A DNA stretch of 64,000 nt from Priapulus caudatus. Lineage: Eukaryota. The notes under the pieces are model-generated. The model was not told where the DNA came from. It worked only from the letters and a program-made list of their open reading frames with translations, and searched no databases. Positions 53,481 to 64,000 of this stretch are shown piece after piece. Positions within the stretch are counted from its first letter, which is position 1. Each line of letters opens with the position of its first letter. Made by a program: the position numbers and the translations under genes. The stretch is taken from contig NW_014577065.1 of the NCBI RefSeq assembly GCF_000485595.1, positions 1,048,938 through 1,112,937 on the forward strand, read 5' to 3'.

Positions 53481-54689
53481 CTCGCTCTCTATAGTTCTTC
53501 GCCCTCTCTCTCTCCTTAACTCTGTCTCTCGCCAGCTCATTTACTCGCGTACTCTCTCTCACCAGCTCCCTCTCTCCCCCTCCCCATCTCTCTCCCACTC
53601 TCCCCCTCTCTATCTCTATCTGACATGTGTGCGCGCGTGTGTGTGTCGTATCTCTCAATAACGTCATCGCAATCGAAATTCTCTGCTGAAATCCGCCGTT
53701 GCAATGCGCCGCCTACTTGCAAATTCCACGCAGATTCCTACTCTTTTAATCTATTAGCCTTCTGGCGGCAGCTATATCCGTTGCGGGACCGATATTCGCG
53801 CAGCGAAGACACTGGTTTCGTATGCCGAGCTCCCGGGAGCTTGTTACGCCTAGCCATTTCCTGATTATTTCCATGAGGGAAGCGCTGAGAGTGCTCTGGC
53901 TTATCCTCTGGTATTTAAGCACGCGCGTTGGCAACATATACGTAAACAGTGCTCATCGAATTAGGCTAATCAACGTGTTGCTCATCTTTGTTATCCTGTG
54001 CATTAGCTCCCCGGCGCGGCTCGCTGCCGACAACCACTCCCGGGGAGCACTGATTGTCATTCTGCCCAATTAACTCGTCGACGAGCGAGCACCAATAATA
54101 CCCACGCGAATTCTGCCAACAGCACGCTGCGTGTGTGTGTGTACTACTCACGCATGGCCGCCGATGGTCAAGCGATGATTACCCGTATCAGAATAACAAC
54201 GCGTGCCGGGCTGGCCATCCACGGCGGGCGGTCAAGAAACGATTGCTGTTTTGCAACGCTTGACCACGCGTGCCGCACTGGTCATATCCACGGCGGGCGG
54301 TCAAGCAACGAACGCGTGCCGCGCTGGTCATTCGTTGTTAGACGGGTAATGATTGCCTGTCACGGCAGTAACGGGCGTTAGTGCACCCGCGATGACCGCT
54401 CAGTCGTCACTGGTCAGCGTATCGCTGTGCTAATTGGAGGTCGCGAGCGTGCGCGTGTGCGGGAGCTGCCGGCGATCGCTGAGCTTGTTTAAACGAGGTC
54501 CGCGACGATGATGGTGATTATATGATCATTGACGATCAATTATAGACTGTGAGCGAGTGGGAAGAGAATGCTGGGCGGAGGTGTCGTAAGCAGCGCGAGC
54601 ACATGCGTTGCCGTTTTGAGCGACAGCGAACGAAAATAAAACGATAGCAGACGAAACGAGAAGCAGGGGCTAGGAATGATGACGGTGGG

Positions 54690-54691
54690 TG

Positions 54692-54776
<85 letters not shown>

Positions 54777-56100
54777 GATGATGATGATGATGTTGATGAT
54801 GATGATGACGACGACGACAGCAGCGACGGCGACAACGACGGCAACGACGATAATGACGACGATGACGATTATTATTATTATTATTATTATTACGACGACG
54901 ACAACGACGACGACGACGACGACGGTGATGATTGTAAGGGCGTGAATGATACTGAAAGTGATGATGATAGCACTGATAACTATGATGAATAGGAAGGTGC
55001 GCAGTAATACGAACGACACGGAAAGGGTATTGCAATAAAGAGATGAGGCTCGGCAGTGGATAACGACTAGCGATGTAGCATGGCCGGGTAATGGGAGGAG
55101 CAGGAGGATTGGAACGGTAATTGTAGCACAGGAATGACACCGTTCCCGCCAAAGAGAGGAACTATACGTTGCGGGAGGCGTACACGTTGCATCGCTATAC
55201 AATGATGAGCATAGGCGATCGACGGCGATACATAGCCATAGAAAACCGAGGGCAGTACTGCTAGTCGAGCAATACTCACCGGGTGCAAAAATAGTGCGAA
55301 TAATATGCGTCGTTCTGTGTTACTAGACGTACCCATAATCGTAATCGTAGCCATAATCGTAATCCTAGTAAAAATCGTGGTGGTGGTCGTGGTCATGGTG
55401 GTAGTCGTTATCGTTGTCGTTGTCGCTATTGTTGTTGTGATCGTTGTCGTGGCCGTGCTCGTGGTTGTGGTCGAGGTCGTGGTCGCGGTCGCGGTCGTTG
55501 TCGTGGTCGTTGTCGTTGCCGTGGTCGTTGTCGTTGCTGTGGTCGTTGTCGTGGTCGTGGTCGTGGTCGTTGCCGTGGTCGTTGTTGTGGTCGTGGTCGC
55601 GGTCGTGGTCGTGGTCGTGGTCTTGGTCGTGGTCGTGGTCGTCGTCGTGGTCCTTGTCGTGGTCCTTGTCGTTGTCGCAGTCGTGGTCGTATAGACGTGG
55701 TCCTTGTCGTGGTCCTTTTCGTTGTCGCAGTCGTGGTCGTATAGACGTGGTCGTAGTCGCTGGCATGGTCACGGTCGTTTTCGTAGTCGTGAGCATGTTT
55801 GTGGTCGTACAGCAGCAGTAGCAGCAGCAGCAGCAGAAGAAGAAGAAGAAGAAGAAGAAGAAGAAGAAGAAGAAGAAGAAGAAGAAGAAGAAGACGAAGA
55901 AGAAAAAAAGAAGTCGAGAAATAAGAAATAGAAATGAAAAATAGTTCTGGTTAGTAGTAGTAGAAGTTGTAGCCGTAGCCGTAGTAGTAGTAGCAGCAGC
56001 AGCAGCCGCAGCAACATCAGCAGCGTAAGCAGCAGCAGCAACAACAGTAACAGCAACAGCAGTAACAGCAGCAGCAGTAACAGCAGCAGCAGTAGTACAT
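54690..56100. repeat. Compound tri/hexanucleotide repeats (ATG, ACG, ATT, GTCGTG, CAG, GAA)
   Basis: Direct reading of 54690-54930 and 55370-56100; explains the poly-M/H/V/DH/E ORFs. Confidence 0.9.
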
Positions 56101-56359
56101 GTATAAGAGCATCGGCGAAGATCAGCGCGACAACAACGCCGATCCTCTCGCGTAGAGCTAATATCGCTCTATTACAGATCCGACCGTAATAACAGGCCAC
56201 CAGGTAAATGCGTCTCCGTCGGCAAATCGCGCCGATGAAAAAGCGCGCGCGGTGAGAAAAGCGTGACGGAAAAACAGGTCTGCTAGCGGGATTAGAGGTT
56301 CCCGGCAGTACACAGCGCATTGTGCGCGCGTGGCAGATTTCTGTGCACTGTCACTTCTG

Positions 56360-57202
56360 CAGAAAGGATTATTAATATTTTCGTAATTAGGTATTAAATC
56401 CAATAGCCCCCCGCGCGCGGAAAATTAGGCGTCGCCGTATCAATAGATGAAACGGAATATCAAAAATACATGTGATCTCCCTCGGCTTTCATTAGCTTAT
56501 TGCACACCGTCGCTCAATGTCGTCCTCTACGGAGTTAAACACCCGCCACAATGGCACGACGCTAGCTGAAGCCCACCGGATAATTGTATCCGAGCATTTT
56601 CTCTCTAATAAATTTTAATAATCCGCGCCGAGCGGAAGCGCCGGGGATTAATTAGGCCGTGTAAATTAGCGATATCCTTCTCGCCGAGCTGCGGCGCGCT
56701 CCTTCGTTGGGCCGCCGCCGCCGCCGCCGCCGCACCGCGCCTCCCTTCAACTTCCCGCCGCCGCCGCCGCAGTGCGCCGAGCCTAATTTGAATGATGGCG
56801 CTTCCTGCGCGACAAGATCCTCTTGTAATTAGCGAGTGCGGGAGCGCGGCGGAGGCGCGACAGAGGCGCGAGAGATTACGACGGAGTCGGGACCGGCGAT
56901 GGCTGCGCGAGGGTTAAGCGATGCTAATTATATCATATCACCGGCGGCAGTGCGTGCATGCGCGCGTCGCACGTCGCACGCCCGCGCATAGGTGGCGCTC
57001 GCGTCGCCCGACGATGACCCCGGGAGGTGGGGAAAGAGCGGGGGAAGGAAGTGGAGGCGGGGAAAGAAGGCGGGGGAGGGGAGTGGGGGAAGAGCGGGGG
57101 AGGGGAGTGGGGGAAGAGCGGGAGAGGGGAGTGGGGGAAGTGGCGATCGTTTGCGTGTGCGCGCAGCTTCTCGCTCATGATCTAATTAGTTGGTGCAATT
57201 AG
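56360..57202. promoter_or_regulatory. Candidate enhancer rich in homeodomain sites
   Basis: TAATTA palindromes near 56383, 56649, 56826, 56925 and 57183, plus TAATCC/GGATTA (K50-type) sites near 56366, 56619 and 56644, in otherwise GC-rich unique sequence 4-4.7 kb upstream of the NR2F ATG. Confidence 0.4.
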
Positions 57203-57234
57203 CGAAATCGCGCGTGCGAGGCGAGGCGGCGACG

Positions 57235-57358
57235 TGACGTCACGCCGCGCATGTCGCCGCTACCCCCGTAGAAACCACTATGGGTGCCATGTTTCATGAC
57301 GTCAGCACCGCTGCCGCCCGTACTACCGTGTGTTCTGATCCGAGTTGAAATGACGTCA
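57235..57358. promoter_or_regulatory. Cluster of three perfect palindromic CRE (CREB/ATF) sites
   Basis: TGACGTCA at 57235-57242, 57297-57304 and 57351-57358, in non-repetitive flanks. Confidence 0.55.
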
Positions 57359-58757
57359 TCATTCGTCGTCGCTGCCGCCGTGCTGCTACTGCTGCTGCGG
57401 CTGCTGTTACTATACTATTGCTAGTGCAGCTATCGGTACTGCCGTCGCCGCCGCCACCGGTGTTGCTGCTGTTGCCATTACTACAAATCTTAATACTGCT
57501 ATTACTGTTATTGCTGCTGCTATTAATACTATCAAGAGTTAATAATACCTACCTGTATTATTAGCACTTGATACTATTGCTAGTACTGCTGCTGCTGTTG
57601 CTGAGTATGATGGTAGTGCTATTGCTACTAGTGCTAATGCTGCTGCTGCTGCTATTACTACTATTCCAAGTGGTGCTGTCACCATCACCACCACCGCTCG
57701 TCGCTGCTGGTGCCGTCCTCTCCACAGACTCTACCACTACCATGCTGGTTGTTGTTGTAACCACTGCTGCAGTGGCGTCCCTATTGACACTCGAAGACCA
57801 GAGTATACGCGACCCCCCTATTCAGGCTCCCGCGGCTAATTTACATTTCTGCGTGTTGTGTAGTCGAAGCGCTGCTAGCTGCCGCACTTCATTCATTCGT
57901 GAGTACGTGCGCAGATAAAGCACCGTGTCGTAAGGCAGATTGCCTGGAGTCAGAGAGCGGGGCGAGCGAGTGTACGTGTGTGTGTATGTGTGTGTATACA
58001 CAAACCGCAGACGCATACCTACCTGCCGGGCCCCGAATAGACGTCGGTCATTATTCCGAACAAGTCCCGCGGAATGCGTGCTAGAGGTAATCTTATCTCG
58101 TGTTGCTCCAGTGACACGCTCAGTGGCCAGACAGGTCAGCACGCAGCTAGGTCACTGTGCCAGTACCTTGAGTCGGTCTCTTGCTTCGTGGACGCTCCGT
58201 ATATATAGAGAGTGTGTGCGTGTATGCGTGGTGGCGGGGGGGGGGGGTGGTTAGATTCCACGGAGCGTGTAAGTTTCACTTTTTACAACTGTTTGCGCCG
58301 TGGTGAGCCGGGGTAGTGAAAGAGAAAGGTGACACGGTTTCGTCGCTGTGATCGTTCGCTGCGCGAGATGAGCGAGTAAACGACGAAACAGCGAGGCCGC
58401 CTCCGTCGCCGACGGCAACGATGATAATAATACTGCCCATCATTCATTTCGATGCCGAATAGAAACGACGACAACGATGATGATCTTGTCCATCATTATA
58501 TTCGATGATACTAATAAAAACGACAACGGCGACGACGTCGATGATGAGGATGATGATGATGATCATTATCATTATCATCATCCTGTGCGTGATTTTTGAC
58601 GATAGTCATAAACACGACGCGACGATGACGGCGACGTTGATGATTACAATGCGAATAAATATTGATGATTACGGGTATATATACACGGTGGTGACGGCGA
58701 TGATGACGATGAATGCACCCGGCCCCCGCGAACCGCCCATGACCGACGATCATGATC

Positions 58758-58815
<58 letters not shown>

Positions 58816-60206
58816 GTGATCGGCTGTTAATTTGATGCGACGATCGCTAGAGCAATACTCCGTGATTCTGTGTCCGGATTCGATCCTCGTCGTCATTTAT
58901 CGTGGATTATGTTAAGATTTTAGCGCGTTTCTAACGCGGTCCGTTAGATTCACACGAATATACTCGCTATAGGGCCAACTGAGATCGCCTGAAGGTTAGT
59001 TTCATTCCAATCGGTATGGTCTCATTCGGTATCAGAAATAGCTGGAAAAGTCCTGTAGCGGAGTGAAGGAGCTACACTGGTAGAGCTAGGTCTAAAAGTA
59101 GTTTCGTGCGATGTATGCTATACTGAAAGTACTATTAGTTCAACACGGCTATTTAGACTGAACTGCCCGCAGGTGTATTCACCACACATACCGGATTAGC
59201 TTTACCGCTCTATCACTTTAGGGTTGGGCCGCCTAGTTTATCGACTAAAGGCGTACCTACCACGCATCCCCAGTCGAATTCACTCCACAATCCTTGCGGG
59301 GGAGGGACCGACCGTACGTATACGTTATATATATGGTTAGTGTGAACGTTTACGATATGAGTCGGTGGGAGTGAAACTAATAGCTGAATCGGCGACAGTC
59401 GATTTACGTCGTAACCCGTCACCGGCCCAAAGAACGTGTTCCCGCTTAGCGGTGTGGCGCGCGCGCGTATAGACGTTGCGACATCTGGTGCGAGATAACC
59501 TACAAGCGGACCATTACCATCGGGACGACTGCGTGACGTGGCTAGCACACTGTAAGCCTTTGCATAACACATTCGCCATGTGCTACCCTGATTCACCGAG
59601 TTGCTTCGCGACGCAAGATGCCACGCGGAGGCGTGCGAGCGTGGGGACGGCGCACCAGGGTTCTCGTACGGGACGGCTGTCAAACAGCGTATCAAAAGCA
59701 CTGCGGGAATGACCGCGAGAGCAAAACACGAACTAGCTCTAGAACTGTGGCAGAGCGAAGGGCTATAGTTCTAATGGCTAAACTCGAACGCGCAGCAACA
59801 ACGATTCCAGTCGAATGTCATCAACTGCACGCACTCGCATTTTCCCGCACCAACATTTGCAGCTACAACCCCGCTCACAGACCGCACGATCCCACACGTA
59901 CTTGTAATATACAGGTTCCCCGTTTCCCCTAACCCTTCTTCTACCTTCTCCCGTACCGCGCCGCGTTCCTGTGCCCGCTGCCTGCCGCGCGCGCGTGCGT
60001 GTGTTTTCCCGCGCGCACCGCGCCGCAGCTTCCGTGACTGACAGGGTCCGGGAGGCTTGACTCGCACGGCGCATGTACCCGCCCCGATGGCCGCGCAGCG
60101 CGCACACGCGCTCACACATGCACACACCGGTGACAGCGCTCGCTGCCTGTGCTGCAGCCTCTATTCACACGCCGTGCCGTGCGCTCGCAACGGCGAGTGC
60201 TCCGCC

Positions 60207-60275
60207 AGCCAATCAGCACGCAGCCTCGCTATGCCCTAATTGCGCGAGGGCCACGACCAATGGGCTTTAATTATC
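60207..60275 (+). promoter_or_regulatory. Candidate NR2F proximal promoter: two NF-Y-type CCAAT boxes with adjacent TAAT sites
   Basis: AGCCAATCAG (CCAAT 60209-60213) and GACCAATGGG (CCAAT 60257-60261), same orientation, 48 bp apart, ~800 bp upstream of the ATG in GC-rich sequence. No transcript data. Confidence 0.55.
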
Positions 60276-60975
60276 ACGCACTAATGTGCTCGTGCTTCTT
60301 GAACTGGAGGGACTCTCTCCCCGGCACTCTTCCCCAGCGCGAGCGACGTCGGCGCAACGTTACTATGGCGACGCTGTCAGTTTTCGTGGCCGTGTCATAG
60401 TTCAGCGGATATTCTGCGCGCACGCTCGCCGCGCCGAGGCGGCTCGCAATCAGTGGCTTTTCTCCACCGCATCACCCCGGAGTCGGCGCAGCCCGGCCTC
60501 GCTGATAACCCGACGGCAGACGGGGCGCAACCCCAGTATACATCCTGCGCGCGTCTCCGCTCGACGACGCTCCCGTACTTCGACGACGACGGCGACGACG
60601 ACGACGACGGAAGAGCCATCAGTTTCGCTGGCCGCTAGTGCGTTGAGACAGGGCAAGAAGGCAGTCGCGTGAGGGGGCAAGCACCGCGCTTGTATTGAGA
60701 CGCGACGCAGCCCTCAAGGCACGTCGTATATCTACGCGCATACGCTCATACATGTGTGCACACAGCCGCCGGCCAGCCGCGGCAAGAGAACGTGTGCGCT
60801 TGAACGACGACGACGACGATACGAGCAAGATCAACGACAGCAGCAGCAACAGCAACGGCAACAAACAACGACGACAGCAACAACAACAGCAACAACGATC
60901 ACGTCGCTAGCCGCAACAACGACGACAACAACAGCAACACTTTCTTCTAGAGAAACCCCAAAAATACGCGACTAA

Positions 60976-64000
<3,025 letters not shown>

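Noticed and set aside
55365..55821. His/Asp-rich ORF suggesting a metal-binding protein
   Set aside because: Reverse translation of a (GTCGTG)n simple repeat.

Overview
Animal (non-vertebrate bilaterian, by inference) genomic DNA from a gapped draft assembly, very rich in microsatellites and not CpG-depleted. The only host gene I can support is coding exon 1 of a COUP-TF/seven-up (NR2F) nuclear receptor (61036-61474, + strand; complete DNA-binding domain, then a GT donor). The ~61 kb upstream has no recognisable host gene. It holds candidate cis-regulatory clusters: paired CCAAT boxes, three perfect CREs in 124 bp, homeodomain-site clusters, a Sox/octamer/E-box cluster and a 16x GGGTCA minisatellite. 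At 37.2-45.4 kb is a nested transposon stack. A decayed Academ-type (transposase + XPG-like nuclease) DNA transposon on the minus strand is interrupted by an unclassified 537-bp insert and by a gag-less BEL/Pao LTR retrotransposon, which is itself interrupted by a 5'-truncated LINE. Three MITEs follow, one with a (TTAGGG)n core. Several kb-scale direct and inverted duplications abut N-gaps and are probably assembly artefacts. Nearly all short ORFs in the track are translated simple repeats. I did not find a demonstrably new biological system; the best leads are listed as hypotheses.
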